Shown here: piece after piece, positions 10,302 to 18,314 of the stretch | Numbering within the stretch: position 1 is the first letter of the stretch | Layout: every line of letters begins with the position of its first letter | Source of the DNA: Bdellovibrionota bacterium | GTDB lineage: Bacteria; Bdellovibrionota; Bdellovibrionia; Bdellovibrionales; JAEYZS01 | Reading direction: 5' to 3' | NCBI GenBank assembly: GCA_963169805.1 | Contig: CAUJDY010000063.1 | Location: 5,479 to 69,478, forward strand | Length of the DNA: 64,000 bases | Notes under the pieces: model-generated | The model's input: the letters and a program-made list of their open reading frames with translations, nothing else | Database searches by the model: none | What the model was told of the DNA's origin: nothing | Position numbers and translations under genes: made by a program

Positions 10302-11023
10302 TTCACTTTCTCCTTCTTAAGAGTCGAGAGATATGCTGCCAATTCTGTAATTTCCTCTTCTGAAAGTGGCAACTTTGGCATCTTTGAGTCTGGTTTGATG
10401 GACATTGGATTTCTCAACCACTCTTTGAGATAGTTAATATCCCGAAGCTCACCGATTAAATCCAAAGCAGGGCCAACCTCTCCGCCTTGACCATTTAATT
10501 GGTGGCATGCAACACACATTTGATTAAAGATTTGAGGCCGATTTTCATTTTTAACAACAGCATCTAACTCTGAAGTTGCACCGTCCGCTTTTGGAGAAGC
10601 TGTCTTTATAAGATCAGGTTTAGGCGGAAATCCATTTAAATCCATATTTCCGACCCAAATTAGAAATGCAGTCAGGTCGTTAATTTCCTGTTCTGTCAGC
10701 TTATAATTAGTCATCTTACGTTGACCTGGATACATGGCCTCTGGATCTCTGAGCATAGCTTTTATAAAAGCTTCACCTCGTCTTTCAAAAACTTTAGTGA
10801 GCTCTGGAGCATAATAGGCTCCCTCCCCCATAATGGTATGACACCCCATACAGTTTTTGGTATCGAAAAGATGCTTTCCTCGAATAACTTCCTCAGTCAA
10901 ATTCTGGGATTTTGTTTGGTCTGGAATTCTTTGAAATGTATCAATTGTTAGACCAATAAAAATTGCAGAAAATGCAGCTGTACCAAACACGAAAAATGCT
11001 TTGGCTTGCGACTTTGTTAACAT
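10298..11023 (-). CDS. norC: nitric oxide reductase subunit NorC fused to a second class I cytochrome c domain
   Basis: N-terminal TM anchor plus 'NCMGCHTIMGEGAYYAPEL' (NorC signature). A second CxxCH (CVACH at 10502..10516) with a downstream Met-Pro ligand region adds about 90 aa beyond a typical NorC. Confidence 0.9.
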   Translation of the reverse strand: MLTKSQAKAFFVFGTAAFSAIFIGLTIDTFQRIPDQTKSQNLTEEVIRGKHLFDTKNCMGCHTIMGEGAYYAPELTKVFERRGEAFIKAMLRDPEAMYPGQRKMTNYKLTEQEINDLTAFLIWVGNMDLNGFPPKPDLIKTASPKADGATSELDAVVKNENRPQIFNQMCVACHQLNGQGGEVGPALDLIGELRDINYLKEWLRNPMSIKPDSKMPKLPLSEEEITELAAYLSTLKKEKVK

Positions 11024-11033
11024 GAGAATCTCC

Positions 11034-11300
11034 TTAGCCGCCGCACATTCCGCAGCATCCTACTTTACTTTCATTGACTTTTTTTATTTCTGCCTGAGAG
11101 AGCCCATCCTTATTACCAACCAACTCAAACTTTAAATTCTCAACCTGAGCACCAAGAAACTGTCTTTTGACTTCATCAAGACTTTCATTTGATGCAATTC
11201 GAAAACTTTCTCCTGCTCTTAGACCTTCATACATAGAAAACAAAAGACCCGATCTATGAGAAGGTTCAAAAACATCTAAATTAATTGTAGTTACGACCAT
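11034..11300 (-). CDS. DUF2249-like small protein with C-terminal CCGMCGG tail
   Basis: 88 aa. 'INLDVFEPSHRSGLLFSMYEGLRAGESFRI' resembles the DUF2249 (TusA-like) pattern often found with hemerythrin/nor genes. GGAGG RBS. First gene of the nor operon. Confidence 0.55.
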   Translation of the reverse strand: MVVTTINLDVFEPSHRSGLLFSMYEGLRAGESFRIASNESLDEVKRQFLGAQVENLKFELVGNKDGLSQAEIKKVNESKVGCCGMCGG

Positions 11301-11352
11301 ACTTGCCTCCTTATTTAAGCTTTAAGGTATATGAGGTTTTCACCAATAACAT

Positions 11353-11366
11353 ATGATCTAGATCAT
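11353..11366. promoter_or_regulatory. Crp/Fnr-type box ATGATCTAGATCAT in the divergent nor / hemerythrin promoter region
   Basis: Perfect palindrome. Its centre is 60 bp from the minus-strand start at 11300 and 55 bp from the likely plus-strand start at 11415. -10-like hexamers lie about 31-32 bp away on both sides (TATACC on the minus strand; TAGCAT at 11389..11394 on the plus strand). Confidence 0.65.
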
Positions 11367-11414
11367 TTCATGGATTCATTTTTTCCCTTAGCATCAGAAT
11401 CAGGAGAACTGCTA

Positions 11415-11993
11415 ATGAATTCAGCATCTATAGCGCATCCTCTTTTTCAGGTGCTAATGGAGGAACACAAAAAAATTCTATCAAAACTGGCCCAGATAGA
11501 CTTGTCCCCTCGTAGGGACCAGTGGCTACCACTCCTCGATGAGATCATGCAGCTCATCGAGATGGACCATCACTTTAAAGAAGAAAAGCTTCTCTTCTCG
11601 CGCATCTATATGAACCCTAAAATCAATGCAGGAGGTCCGATGTGCAGCCTATTTTTTGATTTTCATATGTCCGAAAAAATCAAGGAACAAGTTGAGCGCA
11701 TTACCTCAACCCCACTTATGATAGAGCCCCACCAAGAAGATATTCTCAAAACACATTGTCCACTCACTTTGCCAATCGAAGAGCATCAGGCGGGAAAAGA
11801 TTTGCTGAAATATATCATAAAAAATATGACACATCTGAAAGACAAAGAAATTTCGCAATATTTGTCTCTCTACAAACAAATTCAATTTTCACACATACAA
11901 AAGGAAGAAAATTGTCTCTATCACCTGTGCTCAAACCTTCTAACATCTCAAGAAGCCGATGAAATTCTAGAGTTATGGAATCAAAAGGAATAA
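11415..11993 (+). CDS. hemerythrin (HHE cation-binding) domain protein
   Basis: 'EMDHHFKEEKLLF' and 'HIQKEENCLYHL' are HHE motifs. I moved the start from the longest-ORF position (11331) to the ATG at 11415, which has an AGGAGA RBS 7 nt upstream. The longer ORF would swallow the Crp box. Confidence 0.6.
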   Translation: MNSASIAHPLFQVLMEEHKKILSKLAQIDLSPRRDQWLPLLDEIMQLIEMDHHFKEEKLLFSRIYMNPKINAGGPMCSLFFDFHMSEKIKEQVERITSTPLMIEPHQEDILKTHCPLTLPIEEHQAGKDLLKYIIKNMTHLKDKEISQYLSLYKQIQFSHIQKEENCLYHLCSNLLTSQEADEILELWNQKE

Positions 11994-11997
11994 AAGT

Positions 11998-13689
11998 ATG
12001 AAAAAGGCATGTACACCTAGAGAGCTTTCCTTGAAGAGTTTTTTTGTAGGACCACAGGCAGAAAACGCAGATATTCTACTCCGACAAATTCAACTTATTT
12101 TAGAGCAATGGATTGATTGGAGGAAGAGTTATTTTCCGCACGATGGGCCAGCCATATCTTATGAGGATACAATTAATAATGATTTTATCAAAAATATAAA
12201 GAAAATGAATCGAGAAACAAAAAATCTTTTAAATCAATTTTCAAAGGAAATACCAAAATTTTCCCCACGCTACCTAGGACACATGTTCTCAGAAATATCC
12301 ATGCCTTCTATAGTAGGTCACATGATTGCTCTTCTTCATAATCCAAATAATATCTCTAGAGAGTCCTCTTGGGTGGGCACAGACATTGAGCGGCTCTCAA
12401 TTTTAGAATTAAGTCGTATGGTGGGTTATACAGATAAAGCTATTGGACACTTTACGTCTGGAGGAACAATTGCCAATTTTGAGGCTATACTACGATCAAA
12501 ATACAAAATAACTAAATCGATTCTCTCAAGCCACAAAAAAGATTTTAATGATGCATGCTATGCAACTCACCCCTTAAATAGAACATTTCAAGTGACTCTT
12601 AGCGATCTAGAAATTTATAAGAAAATACAAAAAAAATATAAATTGGATTTCGCAGGACACACACTTCTTGTACCTGACAGCCAACATTATTCGTGGACAA
12701 AAGGAGCTTCTCTTTTTTCGATAGGACAAAATAATCTCGCAAAAATTCCTCTTAATAAATATGGTCAAATGTCCATTAAGCATCTGAAAAAGACCATTGA
12801 TTCATGCCTCAACCAGAAGAGACCCATCGCATGTATCACCAGCGTTTTTGGTACTACAGAGCTTGGAACGGTTGACTCAATTAGCGAAATTCAACATACA
12901 TTAAATACCTATAAACAGAAATATGGTTATCAGTTCTGGCATCACGTTGATGCAGCTTATGGAGGCTTTTTTGCATGCGCAAAAAATAATCCTATTTTTG
13001 ATAGCAGTATTCTGCAATCCATTCAAACCCTACCAAGCACATCTTCGATTACGATTGACCCTCACAAATTAGGATATGTCCCTTATTCTGCAGGAGTGTT
13101 TCTATGCCAATCAAGAGAGGATTACTATATTCACAAAACAGTTGCTCCTTATGTTAACTTTGATACTGATAAGGACTTGGGCCCCTATACCATTGAGGGT
13201 TCAAGGCCTGCGACTGGAGCGGTGGCACTTTATCTCTCATCTAAATGCATTGGCTTAGACAATAGCGGCTATGGAAAGATTCTTGAAAGAACGATCTCTT
13301 CTGCTAAAAAATTTAAAGAACTTGCCTCTCATGCTAAATCTCCGCTTCTTTTTGTGAGTACAGTTGGCACAAATATCGTCTGCTTTGCAATTGGATCTCA
13401 AGGCGAAAATTTATCAAGTGTGAATAAACGAACTCTAAAGTTTCTTGAACGTGCTATGAAAAAGCAAACAACCCCTCACAAAAAAACATTCTTTATCTCT
13501 AAAACACACCTCTCACGCAATTACAGTAGTCTCATAAAGCATTTTTGTGCTGAATCGAATTTGAAGATGGATACAAATGATCTACCTTTAGCTCGAATTA
13601 CTTTTATGAATCCATTTGTAGATTCAAGACATTCAAAAACGGCGTATTTACAAGATTTTGTGAAATATATCAAATCGTTGTGTAAATAG
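11998..13689 (+). CDS. PLP-dependent group II decarboxylase (tyrosine/glutamate decarboxylase-like)
   Basis: 'SGGTIANFEAIL', 'HVDAAYGG' and the PLP-lysine motif 'DPHKLGYVPYSAGV'. Confidence 0.8.
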   Translation: MKKACTPRELSLKSFFVGPQAENADILLRQIQLILEQWIDWRKSYFPHDGPAISYEDTINNDFIKNIKKMNRETKNLLNQFSKEIPKFSPRYLGHMFSEISMPSIVGHMIALLHNPNNISRESSWVGTDIERLSILELSRMVGYTDKAIGHFTSGGTIANFEAILRSKYKITKSILSSHKKDFNDACYATHPLNRTFQVTLSDLEIYKKIQKKYKLDFAGHTLLVPDSQHYSWTKGASLFSIGQNNLAKIPLNKYGQMSIKHLKKTIDSCLNQKRPIACITSVFGTTELGTVDSISEIQHTLNTYKQKYGYQFWHHVDAAYGGFFACAKNNPIFDSSILQSIQTLPSTSSITIDPHKLGYVPYSAGVFLCQSREDYYIHKTVAPYVNFDTDKDLGPYTIEGSRPATGAVALYLSSKCIGLDNSGYGKILERTISSAKKFKELASHAKSPLLFVSTVGTNIVCFAIGSQGENLSSVNKRTLKFLERAMKKQTTPHKKTFFISKTHLSRNYSSLIKHFCAESNLKMDTNDLPLARITFMNPFVDSRHSKTAYLQDFVKYIKSLCK

Positions 13690-13732
13690 ATGCACAGTCC
13701 CTCAAAAATATACTTTTTTGTGATGCGTATTT

Positions 13733-13746
13733 ATGACCTAGATCAT
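13733..13746 (+). promoter_or_regulatory. Crp/Fnr-type box ATGACCTAGATCAT upstream of nrdJ
   Basis: Same dyad motif, with its centre about 100 bp upstream of the nrdJ ATG. A TATCAT hexamer at 13769..13774 lies 32 bp from the box centre. Confidence 0.6.
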
Positions 13747-13838
13747 AAGCGCTCTGCCCTAAACTTAATATCATATGCGTATGCTTTGGAATTCACACGA
13801 TTATGACAAAGCAACATTGAATTCACCTAGGAGGGATC

Positions 13839-16421
13839 ATGGAAGTAACAACAGAAACTTCAGCTAGAGGTACAGAGACAAAAACTAGCCAAAAAGATTT
13901 AAATTCACTAACTGCAAGATCAACGCAATTCAATAATGATTTTTCAAAGGAAGTCTTTGACCTTACATATAAATATACAAATGAGAAGTCGATCAATGAC
14001 AGACACCTAGCTATAGCCAAAGACCTAGCGAGTGTGGAAAAAACAGAGCTACAATACTATTGGGCTACAAAATTCTTAGACCTCCTTGAAGACTTTAAAT
14101 TTGTACCCGGAGGGAGAATTACTTCAAACGCAGGAACTGGTCTTAAAGGAACAACCTACATCAATTGTTTCGTAAGCGGCTTCAGAGGCCAAAATCAGGA
14201 TTCTATGGAATCCATTATGGATGAACTGAAAAGACAAGCATTGATATTAAAGTCTGAAGGTGGATATGGATTTTGTGCTGACGTACTACGCCCAAGGGGA
14301 TCGTTTGTGGAAGGCATTGGAGGTGATTCTCCTGGAGCCGTAAAACTTCTAGAGATGTGGGATACACAAAGTTCCGTGATAACAGCAGGAAGTGGACTTA
14401 AAAAAAAACACACTAAAGGAAAGACTAAGATTCGAAAAGGTGCTCAAATGGTCACAATGTCAGTGTTTCATCCTGACATTGAAGAGTTTGTCACCTCAAA
14501 ACAAACTCCAAATCACCTAACAAAATTTAATATGTCCGTTCTTGTTTCCGATGAATTTATGAATGCGGTTGAGAAGAATTTGAGTTGGAAGTTAGAATTT
14601 CCCGACTATGAACTTGCAAAAAAACAGTACAAAGAATCATGGGATGGAAATCTAAAGCTTTGGAAGGAAAAAGGATACCCCACTAAAGTTTATAAAGAAT
14701 ATGCCAATGCCAATGAGCTTTGGAATCTTATTATGCAATCTACGTATAATAGAAACGAACCCGGAATACTTTTTTCAGATACCATTAATAAACTTAATAA
14801 TCTTTATTACGACGAATTTATAAATGCAACAAATCCATGCGGAGAGCAGGTTCTTCCAGTGGGAGGTTGTTGCCTGCTGGGATCTATCAATTTAACTCAG
14901 TTTGTCGATATCAAAAAAAGCGACTGGGACTACAAAAAACTTCAAGAGTATATTCCCATTGCTGTACGATTTATGGATAACGTGAATGATAAAACTTCTG
15001 TTCCACTTGAAGAACAGAGAGAAAATTTGAAAACTAAAAGACGCATTGGCCTAGGTATTATTGGTTATGCTTCTGCTCTTATGATGCTCAAAATTAGATA
15101 TGGCTCTGAGGAGGCTCTCACCAAAACTGAGGCCTTGTCGAAGTTTATTATGAACCAGGCCTACAAAGCATCTTCTCTAATTGCCAAAGAGAAAGGAAGC
15201 TTTACAAAGTTTGATAAGGAAAAGTATTTACAGGGTCAGTTCATTAAAAATCTAGATGAGGACACGATTGAGTCTATCCAGAAAAACGGTATGCGAAACA
15301 GCCATTTACTTTCTATCCAGCCCACAGGCAATAGTTCTGTTCTAGCCAATAATATTTCAGGAGGTCTAGAGCCGCTTTTTATGACAAAGTACATCCGAAC
15401 TTCAGTTCAGCCCTTCCCTCCTGAAGGAATGTCAGTTCCTCAAAAAATTGACTGGCAGAATAAAACATTTAGCTGTGACTCCAACACAACAGAATGGAAG
15501 TGGGCACAAGAGGGAGATGAAAACCTTTTAGTAACAAATTATCATGGAGAAATTTGGAAGTTTGATGCTTCAAGAGGTCTTTTAAAAGAATCGCAGATTA
15601 AGGATTATGCTGTTTACTTTCATGAAAATAACAAAACCTGGGAGGACAAAGCCGATTGGACAGCAACTGCTTACGAACTTAAAATTGACGATCACATTAA
15701 AACAATGAAGGTTCTTTCTAAGTACATAGATTCTGCAATGTCTAAGACTGTGAATATACCAAACGACTACCCCTATGATGATTTTAAGAGACTGTATATG
15801 GATGTTTACAAATCTGGAACAATTAAAGGATGCACATCCTACCGAGATGGTACAATGACTTCTGTCTTATCTTTGCAAAGCACATCTGAAAAATTAAATC
15901 TTAAAGGTGTCCCAAGAACAAAAGCTATTAAAAGACCAACAGTTTTAGATTGTGATATTCATCAACTGACGACAAATCAAGAGAAGTGGGTTGTACTAGT
16001 TGGTTTATTAGATGAAGATCCATACGAAGTTTTTGCGATGAAGCAAGATCGACTTTTCTTACCCAACAAGCTGAAACGTGGAAAACTCATCAAGGCGAGT
16101 TCTGGAGTCTACAACTTGGAAACTGAGGATGGCTGGAATCTCGAAAATATTAGTACATTTTTTGAATCGAATGAACAAGAAGCTCTCACACGTATGATCT
16201 CAACGGCTCTAAGACATGGAGCTGATATTGAGTTTATTGTGTCACAACTTATAAAAAGTGAAGGAACCATAAACTCATTTTCAAAAGCGATTGCTCGAAC
16301 TTTAAAAAAATATATTTCAGATATTAAATCCATGAAGTGTTCAGATTGTAAGGGATCGAATATCATTATTTCTGAGGGATGTTTTTTATGTAAAGACTGT
16401 GGCAGCAGTAAATGTAACTAA
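13839..16421 (+). CDS. nrdJ: class II (adenosylcobalamin-dependent) ribonucleotide reductase
   Basis: Active-site finger loop 'NPCGEQVLPVGGCCLLGSINL', 'TTYINCF', 860 aa, and a C-terminal CxxC...CxxC tail. AGGAGG RBS. Confidence 0.9.
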   Translation: MEVTTETSARGTETKTSQKDLNSLTARSTQFNNDFSKEVFDLTYKYTNEKSINDRHLAIAKDLASVEKTELQYYWATKFLDLLEDFKFVPGGRITSNAGTGLKGTTYINCFVSGFRGQNQDSMESIMDELKRQALILKSEGGYGFCADVLRPRGSFVEGIGGDSPGAVKLLEMWDTQSSVITAGSGLKKKHTKGKTKIRKGAQMVTMSVFHPDIEEFVTSKQTPNHLTKFNMSVLVSDEFMNAVEKNLSWKLEFPDYELAKKQYKESWDGNLKLWKEKGYPTKVYKEYANANELWNLIMQSTYNRNEPGILFSDTINKLNNLYYDEFINATNPCGEQVLPVGGCCLLGSINLTQFVDIKKSDWDYKKLQEYIPIAVRFMDNVNDKTSVPLEEQRENLKTKRRIGLGIIGYASALMMLKIRYGSEEALTKTEALSKFIMNQAYKASSLIAKEKGSFTKFDKEKYLQGQFIKNLDEDTIESIQKNGMRNSHLLSIQPTGNSSVLANNISGGLEPLFMTKYIRTSVQPFPPEGMSVPQKIDWQNKTFSCDSNTTEWKWAQEGDENLLVTNYHGEIWKFDASRGLLKESQIKDYAVYFHENNKTWEDKADWTATAYELKIDDHIKTMKVLSKYIDSAMSKTVNIPNDYPYDDFKRLYMDVYKSGTIKGCTSYRDGTMTSVLSLQSTSEKLNLKGVPRTKAIKRPTVLDCDIHQLTTNQEKWVVLVGLLDEDPYEVFAMKQDRLFLPNKLKRGKLIKASSGVYNLETEDGWNLENISTFFESNEQEALTRMISTALRHGADIEFIVSQLIKSEGTINSFSKAIARTLKKYISDIKSMKCSDCKGSNIIISEGCFLCKDCGSSKCN

Positions 16422-16430
16422 TCTAACAAC

Positions 16431-16456
16431 AAAGCCCTTATTTAAATAAGGGCTTT
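16431..16456. terminator. bidirectional intrinsic terminator between nrdJ and hemJ
   Basis: Perfect 10-bp stem aaagccctta / taagggcttt with loop tttaaa, lying between convergent genes. It overlaps the hemJ stop codon. Confidence 0.7.
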
Positions 16457-16872
16457 GTATAGGCTAAAATACAAACGACTATCAGAATAAGAGTAGGAAC
16501 TTCATTTATGATTCTGCAAGATTTCGAAGTCAGTAAAAGATGTCCTTTTCTGAACTGAGTAAAAACATAATAAGAATATAAGTGATAACAACCAAGAAAA
16601 AAAACAAACGTCAGTTTAATATGGATCCATATTTGCTGTAGCAATAGCGGATTTAACACCAACATCCATACACCAAAGGTAAGGGTCAGAATTGAGGCCG
16701 GAAGCATAATATATGTCAGTAACCGATACTCCATCGTTATGAAAGTCTTGCACACCTTTGGCTCATTCCAATTTTCGACATGGTATACAAAAAGCCTAAA
16801 TATATAAAAAAGACCAGCAAACCAAGAGACGACAAAAATAACATGAAGCGCTTTTACAAGTTGATAGCTCAA
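16438..16872 (-). CDS. hemJ: protoporphyrinogen IX oxidase HemJ (CopD-like membrane protein)
   Basis: 'KALHVIFVVSWFAGLFYIFRLFVYH' is the HemJ family signature. 144 aa with 4 TM helices. It abuts the hemN stop. Confidence 0.8.
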   Translation of the reverse strand: MSYQLVKALHVIFVVSWFAGLFYIFRLFVYHVENWNEPKVCKTFITMEYRLLTYIMLPASILTLTFGVWMLVLNPLLLQQIWIHIKLTFVFFLGCYHLYSYYVFTQFRKGHLLLTSKSCRIINEVPTLILIVVCILAYTKPLFK

Positions 16873-18219
16873 TTAAACTCCCGATGAAAACCTCTTAGGT
16901 TCTACCTGATTCATTGCATATTTATCAATCTTATTACAAATATGGCGTGTAAAAGGTTTTCCTTGCTCCGTAATAATGAGCTTATCTTTATTCACTTGAA
17001 CAAGCCCCTCTTGCACCATATCCGCAAATAAATTGACGTCCATGATTTCCCATCTCAAAGGTGTCCAATACTGAGTCATTAGATTCAATATATAACTTTT
17101 GATTTCAAGATCCTCATCTGTAAATAAATGTCCCCTTGAAACAGGTATGACGCTATACTCTAAAACATCTTTATAATATTCATCTAATGTTTTTTTATTT
17201 TGTTGGAATCCAAATAAAGATTCTGAAATAGCACTGACTCCAAGCCCTAATAGTACATCAGTAGCATACTCAGTATATCCCATAAAATTTCTATGCATGG
17301 ATTCATTATTGCTTGAATCTGCGATTGAATCAGATGGAAGAGCAAAATGGTCAATGCCAAGAGGAATATACCCTGCTCCTGAAAAAATATCCCTAGCAGC
17401 ATCAAAAAGAGCTCGCTTTTCACTTCCCTTTTTAATTTCCATCCTCTGGAATCTATTTTGGGCAGGACGCATCCACGGAACAACCGCCAAACTATAGAGC
17501 GCAATTCTATCCGGTTTTAATTCCATCGTTTTTTTTGCAGTTTCTTTAATAGAATCACTCGTTTGACCTGGCAACCCATAAATTAAATCAAAGTTTATGG
17601 ATTTGTAACCCAGTTCTCTGGCCATTAATACACAGTTTTGAACAACCTCGAAGGGTTGTATGCGGTTTACATTTTTTTGGACCTCAATATCAAAATCCTG
17701 CACTCCCAGAGAGATTCGATTAAACCCCAAATCTCTAAGAACCTTCAATTGTTCAAAAGTGCAACGTCTTGGGTCTACCTCAACGGCACCTTCAAATTGA
17801 CTAAAATCTATATTTAAATTTGTGAGGATGGGATCTAAAAGCTTAGTTAAGTTTGCTGCATTAAAAAAGGTCGGAGATCCACCTCCTAAGTGAATTTGTC
17901 TTATTTTTCGCTCCTTTAAAATGGGAACTTTCTGAAGGTACAATTCCCACTCTTTATGTATAGCCTGAATATACTTATCCTCTTTGGAGTGATCCTTTGT
18001 TATCACATTATTACAGGCACAAAACGTACATAAACTTTCACAAAAAGGAAGATGCAAGTACAAGCTCCAAGTTACATCTTCTTTCTGCATCGACTTTTCG
18101 AGCAATAAAGACCATAGATCACGACTCAAGTTGTTCTTCCAGTACGGGACAGGAGGATAACTTGTATATCTAGGAACGGGTGTATCGTATTTATCAAATA
18201 AATTAAGATGGTTGCTCAT
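16873..18219 (-). CDS. hemN: oxygen-independent coproporphyrinogen III oxidase (radical SAM)
   Basis: Radical-SAM CxxxCxxC 'CESLCTFCAC', 'HLGGGSPT', 448 aa, and an N-terminal 'PRYTSYPP' HemN motif. Confidence 0.9.
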   Translation of the reverse strand: MSNHLNLFDKYDTPVPRYTSYPPVPYWKNNLSRDLWSLLLEKSMQKEDVTWSLYLHLPFCESLCTFCACNNVITKDHSKEDKYIQAIHKEWELYLQKVPILKERKIRQIHLGGGSPTFFNAANLTKLLDPILTNLNIDFSQFEGAVEVDPRRCTFEQLKVLRDLGFNRISLGVQDFDIEVQKNVNRIQPFEVVQNCVLMARELGYKSINFDLIYGLPGQTSDSIKETAKKTMELKPDRIALYSLAVVPWMRPAQNRFQRMEIKKGSEKRALFDAARDIFSGAGYIPLGIDHFALPSDSIADSSNNESMHRNFMGYTEYATDVLLGLGVSAISESLFGFQQNKKTLDEYYKDVLEYSVIPVSRGHLFTDEDLEIKSYILNLMTQYWTPLRWEIMDVNLFADMVQEGLVQVNKDKLIITEQGKPFTRHICNKIDKYAMNQVEPKRFSSGV

Positions 18220-18265
18220 AAATTCACCTCTGAGGCTAGGCTAACATAGTACAGTCGACCTAACT

Positions 18266-18279
18266 ATGATCTGCGTCAT
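18266..18279 (-). promoter_or_regulatory. Crp/Fnr-type box ATGATCTGCGTCAT upstream of hemN
   Basis: Same dyad, with its centre 53 bp upstream of the hemN ATG. -10-like hexamers (TAGCCT/TATGTT on the minus strand) lie 27-32 bp from the centre. Confidence 0.6.
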
Positions 18280-18314
18280 ACCCCTATTCGTAGATAACAA
18301 TTTATTTTTAGACT

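Noticed and set aside
13690-13838. Cobalamin riboswitch or NrdR box upstream of nrdJ
   Set aside because: The leader is only about 150 nt. I see no B12-box-like core and no tandem NrdR palindromes. The only clear element is the Crp/Fnr-type dyad at 13733..13746.
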